Positions 14,812-23,302 of a DNA stretch of 37,317 bases are shown piece after piece (the first letter of the stretch is position 1; every line of letters starts with the position of its first letter). Where the stretch lies: the IMG/VR virus record IMGVR_UViG_3300028740_000013, positions 1 through 37,317 of that record. The stretch is one strand, 5' to 3'. The DNA comes from a virus. Its lineage: Duplodnaviria; Caudoviricetes. The position numbers and the translations under genes were made by a program. A model generated the notes under the pieces. The model was not told where the DNA came from. It searched no databases and was given only the letters and a program-made list of their open reading frames with translations.

Positions 14812-17129
14812 TCCCGCCCCCGCCGTCCCTTGAGTCCCTGCCGTACGGAACGCAGCTCGTAGCAGGCTGCGGCGTGTCAACCGTCATTGCCGACATGGAT
14901 TTTGAGACGTACTGCGAGGCCGGGTTTGTCTGGGACCCGACGGGCGGCAAGCTCGAGCTCGGCTCCTGGGGCCTCTTGCACGGCGCGCGATTTAAGGGCC
15001 TGTCGACGGTCGGTGCCGCCGCGTATGCCGAGCACCCAACGTGCGAGGTTCTATGCCTCGCCTACGATCTAAAGGACGGCCGCGGCCGGCGGCATTGGCG
15101 CCCAGGTCTGCCGCCGCCCACCGAGCTATTCGAGCACCTGGCCGCCGGCCGCCTCATTGAGGCGCACAACGCCGCGTTTGAGGCGTGGGTGTGGTCGCGG
15201 GTTTGCGTGCCGCGCTACGGCTGGCCGCCGCTCCAGCTTGGGCAGGTGCGTGACAGCATGGCAAAGGCCCGCGCCCACGCACTCCCGGGCGCGCTGGGGG
15301 ACTTGTCATCCGTCTTGGACCTCGAGCACGGTAAGGACCGGGCGGGCTCTGCGTTGCTCGGGGTCTTTAGCGTTCCGCGCAATCCAACCAAGACCGACCC
15401 GCGCCGTCGCATCACGCCCGCGGAAGACCCTGACCGCGCCGCGCGGCTCTACGCCTACAATGACCGCGACATTGTGGCCGAAGCCGAAGCGTCGTCACGC
15501 TGCCCCGATCTTAGCCCGACCGAGCTGGCCTATTGGCAAGACGATTGGGAAATTAACATGCGCGGCGTTGCGGTCGACCATGAGGGCGTCGCCGCGTGCG
15601 TTGCGATTATTGAGCAAGCCTACGAGCGATATAACGCGGAGCTGCGGCAGGTGACCGGCGGCGCCATTGAGCAAGCGTCCCAAGTCGAACGGCTCAAGGG
15701 CTGGTTGCACGGTCGCGGCGTCCACACCGACCCACTGGACGAAGAGGGATTGGACGAAGTCCTAAAGCTCCCCGGGCTCCCCGGCGACTGCCGCCGCGCC
15801 CTGGAAATACGCCAGCTTATCGGAAGCGCCGCGGTCAAAAAGCTCTACGCGCTCGCCAACCAAATGACGGCCGCGGGCCGCGTTCACGACCTTTTTAGCT
15901 ACCATTCGGCCCGCACGGGGCGGGCCGCCGGCAACGGCCCCCAGCCGCAAAACCTGCCCAACAGCGGCCCGGCGGTTTACCAGTGCCACGCTTGCGGCCA
16001 TTGGTTCGGCGCGGGCGACCCGAACGATTGCGAGCCGCATTGCCCATGGTGCGGTCAGCTCGTTCCCCTCGACCGATTAAAGCCTCTGGAATGGAGCGCC
16101 GACGCCGCCATGGACGCACTGACGATCATCGCCATGCGGTTGCTGCCGTTGGTTGAAATGTACTTCGGTAACGCAGTCGCGGCCGTCTCGGGGTGCTTAC
16201 GCGCCCTTTTCGTGGCCGCCCTCGGGCACGACCTAATTTGCAGCGACTACAACGCGATTGAAGCGGTCGTACTGGCCGCGCTGGCCGGTTGCCAATGGCG
16301 GCTAGACGTGTTTGCCACGCACGGCAAGATTTACGAGGCCAGCGCGTCGGCAATTTCCGGCATTCCGCTTGCGGATTTTCTAGCCTACCGCAAAGAGCAC
16401 GGCGCGCACCATCCGCTGCGTAAGAAGCTCGGCAAGGTGGCGGAATTGGCGTCGGGTTATCAGGGTTGGATAGGCGCCTGGAAAAACTTTGGCGCCGATG
16501 AGTACTTTACCGATGATGAAATTAAGTCCCATATTTTAGCGTGGCGCGCGGCGTCGCCCGAGATTGTCGAATTTTGGGGCGGCCAGCACCGCGGCAAGCC
16601 GTGGCAAGCGGGCTATCGGGCGGAGTACTTCGGTGTGGAAGGCGCGGCAATTCAAGCCGTATTACGCCCGGGCGAGACGTTCGCCTATCGCGATGTTGCC
16701 TACTTTATGCGTGGCGACGCGCTCTATTGTCGCCTGCCGTCCGGCCGGCTGCTCACGTACCACCACCCGCGCCTAACCGTCAGCTCGCGCGCGGAGGATG
16801 AATACGCGCTGTCCTTTGAGGGTTGGAACACCAACCCCAAAATGGGACCGATCGGCTGGCAAACCATGTGGACCTACGGCGGCAAGCTGACGGAAAATAT
16901 CGTGCAGGCTGTCGCGCGGGACATTCTGTACGACGCCAAGCTGCGGCTACGCAACGCGGGATACCGAGTCGTCCTGCACGTCCATGACGAGGTCGTGTGC
17001 GAGCAACCCGAGGGCTGGGGATCGGTAGAAGAGGTTGAACGGCTTATGATGGTGCGCCCATCGTGGGCGTCGACGTGGCCCATAAAAGCGTCGGGCGGTT
17101 GGCGCGGCAAGCGATACCGGAAGGACTAA
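14808..17129 (+). CDS. polA: Family A DNA polymerase with 3'-5' exonuclease
   Basis: DMDFET, AHNAAFE, YNDRD, ARTGR, motif A SDYNAIE, motif B KVAELASGY, ENIVQA, motif C HVHDE. Confidence 0.95.
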   Translation: MIPPPPSLESLPYGTQLVAGCGVSTVIADMDFETYCEAGFVWDPTGGKLELGSWGLLHGARFKGLSTVGAAAYAEHPTCEVLCLAYDLKDGRGRRHWRPGLPPPTELFEHLAAGRLIEAHNAAFEAWVWSRVCVPRYGWPPLQLGQVRDSMAKARAHALPGALGDLSSVLDLEHGKDRAGSALLGVFSVPRNPTKTDPRRRITPAEDPDRAARLYAYNDRDIVAEAEASSRCPDLSPTELAYWQDDWEINMRGVAVDHEGVAACVAIIEQAYERYNAELRQVTGGAIEQASQVERLKGWLHGRGVHTDPLDEEGLDEVLKLPGLPGDCRRALEIRQLIGSAAVKKLYALANQMTAAGRVHDLFSYHSARTGRAAGNGPQPQNLPNSGPAVYQCHACGHWFGAGDPNDCEPHCPWCGQLVPLDRLKPLEWSADAAMDALTIIAMRLLPLVEMYFGNAVAAVSGCLRALFVAALGHDLICSDYNAIEAVVLAALAGCQWRLDVFATHGKIYEASASAISGIPLADFLAYRKEHGAHHPLRKKLGKVAELASGYQGWIGAWKNFGADEYFTDDEIKSHILAWRAASPEIVEFWGGQHRGKPWQAGYRAEYFGVEGAAIQAVLRPGETFAYRDVAYFMRGDALYCRLPSGRLLTYHHPRLTVSSRAEDEYALSFEGWNTNPKMGPIGWQTMWTYGGKLTENIVQAVARDILYDAKLRLRNAGYRVVLHVHDEVVCEQPEGWGSVEEVERLMMVRPSWASTWPIKASGGWRGKRYRKD

Positions 17130-17138
17130 AAGTAACTA

Positions 17139-17166
17139 TTGACACTTAGGTCAGTAGGCGTAGAGT
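17139..17166 (+). promoter_or_regulatory. Promoter TTGACA-16-TAGAGT containing motif TTGAC-acttag-GTCAG
   Basis: Intergenic after the polymerase; near-consensus sigma70 elements. Confidence 0.7.
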
Positions 17167-17193
17167 GCCGTCATCAAACGAGGACGCCACGCT

Positions 17194-17355
17194 ATGAGGT
17201 TTACTTCTCGGGAACTGGTAACACTGGAAGAGGCCCTGCGCGACATGGTGCAGACATCCGAAGTGCAGAAACTGCTAGCACGGGTTTTGCGCGAAAAGCC
17301 TCGCAAGCTGATGAGCGTAATCCCCAATCGTACCCCACGGGTCGCCACGCCATGA
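17194..17355 (+). CDS. Hypothetical protein (53 aa)
   Basis: GAGGA RBS; MRFTSRELVTLEEALRDMV...; ATGA overlap with the next gene. Confidence 0.6.
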   Translation: MRFTSRELVTLEEALRDMVQTSEVQKLLARVLREKPRKLMSVIPNRTPRVATP

Positions 17356-17768
17356 CTGACATCGGATTTACCGGAACGCAAAACGGCATGACGTGGGGGC
17401 AGCGCTCCCGGCTTGCGGATAAGCTGTCGCACTACGCGATCGGCACGCGGTTCCATCACGGGTGTTGCATCGGTGCGGACGCGGGCGCGCACATTATCGC
17501 CCGCGGATACCGCTACTACATCATCCTGCACCCGCCTCTAAACCCCGCAAAGCGTGCGTATTGTAATGGCGCGGACGAAGAGCGGGAGCCCCTGGAATAT
17601 CTCGCCCGCAACCACGCCATCGTAAACGAGTGCGGCCTACTCATTGCGGCCCCAAAATCCCCGGTCGAAGAGCTGCGGTCGGGAACGTGGGCGACGGTGC
17701 GTTACGCTCGGAAGCGGGGCGTTCCCATATGGTTCGTCCTCCCCGACGGGACGGCACGGGCCGGGTAA
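17352..17768 (+). CDS. SLOG/DprA-YspA-like nucleotide-binding protein
   Basis: IGFTGT, HHGCCIGAD, LARNHAIV, SGTWATVRYARKRG. Confidence 0.75.
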   Translation: MTDIGFTGTQNGMTWGQRSRLADKLSHYAIGTRFHHGCCIGADAGAHIIARGYRYYIILHPPLNPAKRAYCNGADEEREPLEYLARNHAIVNECGLLIAAPKSPVEELRSGTWATVRYARKRGVPIWFVLPDGTARAG

Positions 17769-17805
17769 AAACAAAAGCCCCCAGCGAGCTAGTCACCGGG
17801 GGCTT
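17767..17805 (-). terminator. Rho-independent terminator at the convergence of the two arms
   Basis: Minus strand AAGCCCCCGGTGA-ctagc-TCGCTGGGGGCTT-TTGTTTTT. Confidence 0.85.
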
Positions 17806-17852
17806 AAGGGTCTTGGGGTGTTCCGGGGGGTGGAACGTAGGTACTTTACCCC

Positions 17853-18110
17853 CTACCGGGCCGCTCGGCAAGAGGCCCGCAGCGCCCCATAGTCCTTGAC
17901 CGCGCCGACGATCACCTGCCAGCCCGTGGGCTTGACCCGTGCCAACTCTGTGACCGCCGCCGCAAGGTCGGCCTGTTGTGCCGCGTTATACTCGACATAC
18001 GCCGCGCACGGGGCTGGGCCGGGCGCCGCAGCTGGCGGCGTCGTGCTGGGGAAAGATACGCAGCCCCCGAGCACGAACGCCGCCAGCACGCACGCGCCGC
18101 CCACACGCAT
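17853..18110 (-). CDS. Lipoprotein, putative o-spanin
   Basis: Signal peptide plus lipobox LGGC, Pro-rich; last gene of the lysis cluster. Confidence 0.7.
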   Translation of the reverse strand: MRVGGACVLAAFVLGGCVSFPSTTPPAAAPGPAPCAAYVEYNAAQQADLAAAVTELARVKPTGWQVIVGAVKDYGALRASCRAAR

Positions 18111-18385
18111 TAGAACTGCCCCGCTTTGGCCGCGGTGACGATATCGGCCGCATCGGCAGGCGTCCCCGCTGCGGCGGCCTGCACTGCCGTTGTAAGCGTT
18201 TCATGCGAGACGGTGGTCGCCGCGGCATGCTTCTTTTGCCAAACCCCCCAAGCAACCGAGACGACGGCGGCCAGCGCCCCGGCCACGACCCCGAGTTGGT
18301 CACCGCTAAGAAGGCCGCCCGCGCCAACCATGGCGAGGATAGACCGAATAAGGCCACCGACAATTGCTTGGTTTTCCGGGCTCAT
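18110..18385 (-). CDS. Putative holin (two TM segments)
   Basis: GLIRSILAMVGAGGLL...ALAAVVSVAWGVWQKK; RBS in the preceding AAGGA. Confidence 0.65.
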   Translation of the reverse strand: MSPENQAIVGGLIRSILAMVGAGGLLSGDQLGVVAGALAAVVSVAWGVWQKKHAAATTVSHETLTTAVQAAAAGTPADAADIVTAAKAGQF

Positions 18386-18391
18386 GGCTGG

Positions 18392-18736
18392 TTATTCCTT
18401 GAGAGCATTGCCGGCAATGACCTTGAGGGTATTGACGGCCGCCTCGGTCAAGAGGTTGACGAACGCGCCAAAGCCGTCCGCCATGATATCGTGGCCGACG
18501 CCTTCAAGGTGTTGTGTGAGGTCGCCCACGACTTGGCTGCGCTTTTCGGCGCCGCTGAGTAGGTCGGGGTTGTTGGCCGCGGCCTGGACAAAGCCGAGCG
18601 CGACGGGGAGATACTTTTTCACGAGCGCGTCGAAATCGACGGCGGCGTGTTCGGCAGCAGCGGTAATGACGATTCCGAGGCCCGACAGAATGCCGGACAC
18701 CACTTCGTTAAGGTAGGCCAAAATCCGTTTGAACAT
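18392..18736 (-). CDS. Lysis-cluster protein (holin-like/amphipathic)
   Basis: AAGGA RBS, ATG at 18736; SGAEKR...EAAV pattern. Confidence 0.5.
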   Translation of the reverse strand: MFKRILAYLNEVVSGILSGLGIVITAAAEHAAVDFDALVKKYLPVALGFVQAAANNPDLLSGAEKRSQVVGDLTQHLEGVGHDIMADGFGAFVNLLTEAAVNTLKVIAGNALKE

Positions 18737-18763
18737 TGGGCGTAGTCCTTTTAGAGAGCGGCC

Positions 18764-18792
18764 AGCATACCCCCGTCCGGCGGCTACTTCAA
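18764..18792 (-). promoter_or_regulatory. Sigma70-like promoter TTGAAG-17-TATGCT
   Basis: Mostly within the 47-bp gap upstream of 18736. Confidence 0.5.
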
Positions 18793-19079
18793 ATGCAGAA
18801 GAAACGACGCCACGATAGCTCCCGCCCCGCCGACCATGGCCGATAACCCGTTGCGCACCGCGCCGGCCCACCGGTCCTTGCGGGAATCAATGGCTTTTTC
18901 AGTCGCTTGGTCGGTCGCAGTTTTTTTTGGAGCAATTCGGTTAACTCTTCAAACCGACGGGAATTTGTAGCCTCGAATGAATCAAAGCGTTTATTGAGAT
19001 GGTCCAGGCTGGCGACAATCCCCGTCACCCGCCCCTCTATCCGCCCGAGGTCGCGCTGCGTATCTCCCTCAGTGCCCAT
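18784..19079 (-). CDS. Coiled-coil plus C-terminal hydrophobic-segment lysis-region protein, interrupted by a frameshift at A8
   Basis: -1 frame after CAA AAA AAA reads TATDQATEKAIDSRKDRWAGAVRNGLSAMVGGAGAIVASFLLHLK*. Confidence 0.6.
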
Positions 19080-19641
19080 CGTCGCTCCAGTGTGGCGGGT
19101 CGGAGGTTAATTTTACAACACCATACCCGGCGCCAACCGCGACTAAAAGGGGGTGCGCGCCTCGCCCGGGACCGGTAAGCCCAATTGTCGCACCATCGGC
19201 TTTCTGCACCCACACCTTGCCGGTCCAAGCCAGAGACATGTCAATCGCCCGCCCCTGAATGTGGCGGCTCGTAAGCGACGGGGGGAACACGATCATGTAG
19301 GCGCCGCACATGGCCCGCGCCGCGCGCACCGCGGCCTTGAGGTCACTGCCATGCGTCCAATCAATCCCGAGCGCTGCGGCGCTGGCGTCTTGCATTGTGG
19401 CCGGGTCGGCCTGCACCCACGGCCCCACTTTGCTTCGGTATCCAGCAATCACGGCTGCGTGGTGCATGAGGTACGCGCGCTCTATTGGCCGCACGGTCGT
19501 TTGGATGGTGACGCAAATTCCGGCAGCGTAGAGCGCGGCAAGAAACCGTTGCACGCTGCCGCGGAACGGCTCGGCAAGGTCCGCCACGTTGCGGCTTGTC
19601 GGAAACCGCGCGCACCAATCGGGGCCGGAGGGCGTGAGCAT
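19069..19641 (-). CDS. Endolysin, M15-like Zn peptidase
   Basis: R..ERAY, SRHIQGRAID (SxHxxGxAxD), DPPHWS; TGATG overlap. Confidence 0.78.
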   Translation of the reverse strand: MLTPSGPDWCARFPTSRNVADLAEPFRGSVQRFLAALYAAGICVTIQTTVRPIERAYLMHHAAVIAGYRSKVGPWVQADPATMQDASAAALGIDWTHGSDLKAAVRAARAMCGAYMIVFPPSLTSRHIQGRAIDMSLAWTGKVWVQKADGATIGLTGPGRGAHPLLVAVGAGYGVVKLTSDPPHWSDDGH

Positions 19642-20492
19642 CACCAACCCACCCCGAAAACCCACGCACGAGTCTGCACGGTGTAATCCCCCGCATACCG
19701 TTGCCGCTGCACGTACACCCCCGCCGCGGCCTTTCCGTACCATTGGTAGGTTTGGTCAATTTGGGTACTTTGGGCCGCAATCTCGGTTGACACCATGGCG
19801 GCAAGGCACGCATTCGGAAAGGCCAACGCCCACGGGATAAAATGATAGGGTTCGGAATTGTCCGCGGGGTCCCAGGGGCCAACGGCCCATTTAACGTAGA
19901 AAGTACGCGCGACGCCACCCACAACGACCGGAATCGCAACAGACCCCGCGTCCCCAAAGACCGCAACAAAAGCCGATAGTGGCGCGCGTAAAAGGTCCGC
20001 CGCAGCCCGCGCCGCGGCTTCGTCACCAAGCGCCCCGGCTAAGTCCCCCTCCGCGCCTTCCGCCCGTGCAATCTCCGCGGCGAGTGCCGCGCTACTCGCG
20101 TTGTTGGATTGAAACACAATCCACTTTGTCGCGTCGGTCCCCGGCGTCGCGGTATTGGCGGGGATGAGAGATTGCCACACCTGCCCGTCGGTGTAGAGCA
20201 CGAGGGCCTTGGCCGCGTAGGCGAAGGGCGCGCCGCCGTTGTCGGCCGCGCTAATCCATTGCGGTGCAAAAAATTCCTGTAACGCCCGCACCGAGTCGGT
20301 CACGGCGTGCAGAATGCCGTTGTGGTCGGGGCGTAGAATATCCTTTGCGCTCGGGTCCGTCGCCGGGTCCAATTGGTAGTCGACGCCGAAGCCGCTTTCG
20401 TAGCTTACCGAGCCGTCAACGGGAGCCGCGTTGGGCACCGCGTTTTTGTCGCCTGAGGCCGCAAAGGGGGTCTTAAAGTACTTGGTATCCAT
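19641..20492 (-). CDS. Short tail fibre / baseplate-attached fibre
   Basis: PFAASGDK...GSVSYESGF..DYQLD N-terminal anchor; C-terminal FPNAC...VGW domain. Confidence 0.75.
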   Translation of the reverse strand: MDTKYFKTPFAASGDKNAVPNAAPVDGSVSYESGFGVDYQLDPATDPSAKDILRPDHNGILHAVTDSVRALQEFFAPQWISAADNGGAPFAYAAKALVLYTDGQVWQSLIPANTATPGTDATKWIVFQSNNASSAALAAEIARAEGAEGDLAGALGDEAAARAAADLLRAPLSAFVAVFGDAGSVAIPVVVGGVARTFYVKWAVGPWDPADNSEPYHFIPWALAFPNACLAAMVSTEIAAQSTQIDQTYQWYGKAAAGVYVQRQRYAGDYTVQTRAWVFGVGW

Positions 20493-20495
20493 GGC

Positions 20496-21086
20496 CTAAA
20501 CCTCACTGACGATCGTGACGGACGTTGCGGCGGAATGCGGCAGCAAATCATAGAACGAAAAAATGAGCCGTAGCGCGCTGGGGATGACAAAGCCAAAAAC
20601 GAAAGTCACTGACATATCGTGATTGTCGATCACGTATGCCGGGCCGTAGTCCTTAAAGAGGTACTTTAAGAATCGGTTGGTCTGTGGCACCGTGCAGCGC
20701 GCGAAGAGTTGGAAGTACCGCAGCCGCAGTACGAGGCGTTTTTGCTCTAGAGTCAACGGCAAGAGAGCTTGCGCGCCGATGCCAAAATTGGAACCGTGGA
20801 AATTTGCCCGATACGGGGAAAAGCCAAAGGTCACTTTGTCCGGCGCGGGGTCCTGGACGATTGAGATTGGAATGCCGAGGATGATCGCCCACACTGCGCA
20901 GCCGAAGTCGTTGGCCGTGCGCAAGTCAAAAACGTCCCGCACCCAATCATTCCAAAAGCCTGTAAAATTGGCGTCATACCACGCCTGCTTAGCCTCAAGC
21001 AGCGCCTGCAAATTGGGCGCGCTGTTGTGGCGCCACAAGAGTGCTTGCAGGAGGTTAACCGAAAAATCTATGGGCTGATTTTTCAC
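20496..21086 (-). CDS. Baseplate protein (DUF2612-like)
   Basis: FWNDWVRDVFDLRTANDFGCAVWAIILG; synteny. Confidence 0.8.
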   Translation of the reverse strand: MKNQPIDFSVNLLQALLWRHNSAPNLQALLEAKQAWYDANFTGFWNDWVRDVFDLRTANDFGCAVWAIILGIPISIVQDPAPDKVTFGFSPYRANFHGSNFGIGAQALLPLTLEQKRLVLRLRYFQLFARCTVPQTNRFLKYLFKDYGPAYVIDNHDMSVTFVFGFVIPSALRLIFSFYDLLPHSAATSVTIVSEV

Positions 21087-22288
21087 GTCACCAAATCCAC
21101 CGTTATGTGCGCCGCGGCGATAGACGCTTGTTCATTGAGTGCAAGGGCGATCTCAACGGCCACCCAAGCAACGTCCGTAACCTTTTTAACCTCTAATTTT
21201 TTCACGTAGAGGCCCGAGACTTGACCCGTGATCGCCCCGGAAATTTCAAAGGGCGACACGCTTAGCCCGACCTTAAAGCCATCCATCCCAGAGATGCCGC
21301 CCGCGGCGTAAAGCAACACCGCATTTTTAACCGCAAGGGTCGGGTCGGTTGAGGACGTGGAGGACTTGACCGTCGCGCGCACCTGCATAGGAACGTCGTC
21401 GGGCCGATCAAAGGACACCGTGTAGCTCTGCCCGCTGGCGGGCTCCACAATCGTCACGTCCGTTGCGCCATTCCAGGCCGCGCCGTCGCTCTTATTTTCA
21501 AGCAACGCAGCGGCCACGTCGGCGTCGGTCCCGCCGTCGACGCACGCCCAAACCGACTTAGGCGCGAGGGTTATGCCGTCAATAATTTGCTCGGTCGGCG
21601 CTTGGTTGGTGCGGTATTGCAGCGACCGCACGCCCGGCACGGCGCGCACGCCGGACATGACCGCGGCGTCGCTAGACGTGCCCTGTAGCCCGAGCGTTTC
21701 AGCCCGCAAGGTGCGCAGCGCTTCGTCGGATAGCTCATCCGTCCCCAGCGTGGCCGCCGTCGGGTTGTCGATCGTTTCCCAGCCTAAGACCGGCGTGACG
21801 ATCGTGGTCAGTGCGTGCGCTGCGCACGGGACCGCGCCAATTTCAACCGCCTGGAAGTCGACAACCGCAAGGCCGCTATCGTCCAGGGTCACATCGGCAA
21901 CACTCTGGAAAAGTGCACCCCCGGCGCTGGCCTGCGACCCGGTGGGGATGATACGAGTTGCCACGCCGGCAAGCTGCACGCCGGGCACGACGCTATGGGT
22001 GCCCGCCTCGGGCTCAAGGCCCGTCAGCGCGCAAAGTGCCAAAAGGAACACGCCGCCCGATTCGTTCGGGTTGATTTGGTTGGCCACAACGGCGTTGTTT
22101 GTCACCATCTTTTCGCGGGCGAGAGTTTCCGAAACCATCTGCGCACCTTGGGGCGTCTCAGGGTTGTCAGAGAGGTCGTCGCCCCCGAGGCCCGGCAAAG
22201 CGCGCCATTCAGCCACAACGTCGCTCTTAATCGTGGCCGTGTCCGGCACAATGACGCCCGAGGTCGTGACGTACCCGTAATCAGCCAT
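21083..22288 (-). CDS. Baseplate J-like wedge protein
   Basis: GVIVPDT, ETPQG, GTDELSDEALR, FDRP; start MADYGY at 22288. Confidence 0.85.
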   Translation of the reverse strand: MADYGYVTTSGVIVPDTATIKSDVVAEWRALPGLGGDDLSDNPETPQGAQMVSETLAREKMVTNNAVVANQINPNESGGVFLLALCALTGLEPEAGTHSVVPGVQLAGVATRIIPTGSQASAGGALFQSVADVTLDDSGLAVVDFQAVEIGAVPCAAHALTTIVTPVLGWETIDNPTAATLGTDELSDEALRTLRAETLGLQGTSSDAAVMSGVRAVPGVRSLQYRTNQAPTEQIIDGITLAPKSVWACVDGGTDADVAAALLENKSDGAAWNGATDVTIVEPASGQSYTVSFDRPDDVPMQVRATVKSSTSSTDPTLAVKNAVLLYAAGGISGMDGFKVGLSVSPFEISGAITGQVSGLYVKKLEVKKVTDVAWVAVEIALALNEQASIAAAHITVDLVT

Positions 22289-22628
22289 CGATCGTACCCG
22301 TCCCGTAAATCGTCTCAATTTCCGCGGTGTAGTGCATAACGTGCGCCGCCCGGGTAATCGTGAAGCTTTTGACCGATACGACGCCCGCAATCGTCGCCAA
22401 TAGCGCGCGGGCGGTCGCTTCAAATTGCGCCGGTAACCAGGCGCTCCACACCGTCGCGTCGGTCGGTACCCCGCGCGTGAGGTCAAGCACACACTCCCCG
22501 AATTGCGTTTGCATCGATGCCCGGCAAAGCGTGAGCACGGCCATAAGCCCGGTCACTACGGCAAGGTTGCCCGAACGATCCAGGTAGAGATCATTGTTGC
22601 GCGTTTCGCCAAGGGTTGTCACGGTCAT
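22281..22628 (-). CDS. Baseplate wedge/sheath initiator (gp25-like)
   Basis: NDLYLD.SGNLA, GE.VLD..RGVP, IETIYG; synteny. Confidence 0.7.
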   Translation of the reverse strand: MTVTTLGETRNNDLYLDRSGNLAVVTGLMAVLTLCRASMQTQFGECVLDLTRGVPTDATVWSAWLPAQFEATARALLATIAGVVSVKSFTITRAAHVMHYTAEIETIYGTGTIDG

Positions 22629-23302
22629 ACGGGTTTACCCGTGTTGGCGCCGCCAGCCGTCACGCCGGAATGCACATGGTCCTTGAGCGACTTGCCGCCG
22701 CCCACGCAGTCGGTCGTTCCGGTCACGGTGCCCTGCACCTGGAGGTTCCCCGACATTGTAACCGTTGGGGTAACAATCTCAACCTTAGTCGGATGCACGA
22801 CCCGGATTTTGCCCGGGGATAGGGCAATTTTTACCGCGCCGTCGTTGGACTGCCAAACCGCCGCGTCCGCATCGTCGCCGGAAAGCACCCACCGCCGGGC
22901 CGCGTCGGGGATGAATACCCCATCCGAAAAGCTTTTGAGCCGGTTGGTGTTGGGGCCACTCTCCCCGTCCGTTTGGAGCACGAGCGATATGTCGCGGTCG
23001 CCCGCAAAAATCCATCCCAAATCCCCCGCCTTAATTGGGAAACTCATAACGAAGCCGCCGGCCCCGAGGGTAAAAATGGGCACCTTGGCAATTTGTGGCC
23101 GACTCGTCAGCGCCCCGTCGGTCGCCTGCACCATCACGAGCGGCTGCACCGTGGCGTATTCGCGCTTGGCGTCGGCCGCTATCACCCGCGCGGGCAGCAT
23201 GCCGTCGGTCGACTGCATGAGCTTGCGGAAGGCGCCGCGCAACACCCCGGCCAGCGTGCCAAGGTCCGCGGGGTTTTGGGACGGGTTGGCGTGGCCGCTC
23301 AT
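22625..23302 (-). CDS. Baseplate central spike (gpV/Gp138-like)
   Basis: FPIKAGDLG...DRDIS; C-terminal HVHSGV (HxH). Confidence 0.88.
   Translation of the reverse strand: MSGHANPSQNPADLGTLAGVLRGAFRKLMQSTDGMLPARVIAADAKREYATVQPLVMVQATDGALTSRPQIAKVPIFTLGAGGFVMSFPIKAGDLGWIFAGDRDISLVLQTDGESGPNTNRLKSFSDGVFIPDAARRWVLSGDDADAAVWQSNDGAVKIALSPGKIRVVHPTKVEIVTPTVTMSGNLQVQGTVTGTTDCVGGGKSLKDHVHSGVTAGGANTGKPV

Noticed and set aside
17139-17351. ORF-track N-terminal extension of the SLOG gene from TTG 17139
   Set aside because: That TTG is the -35 box; the region is better explained by a promoter and the 53-aa ORF
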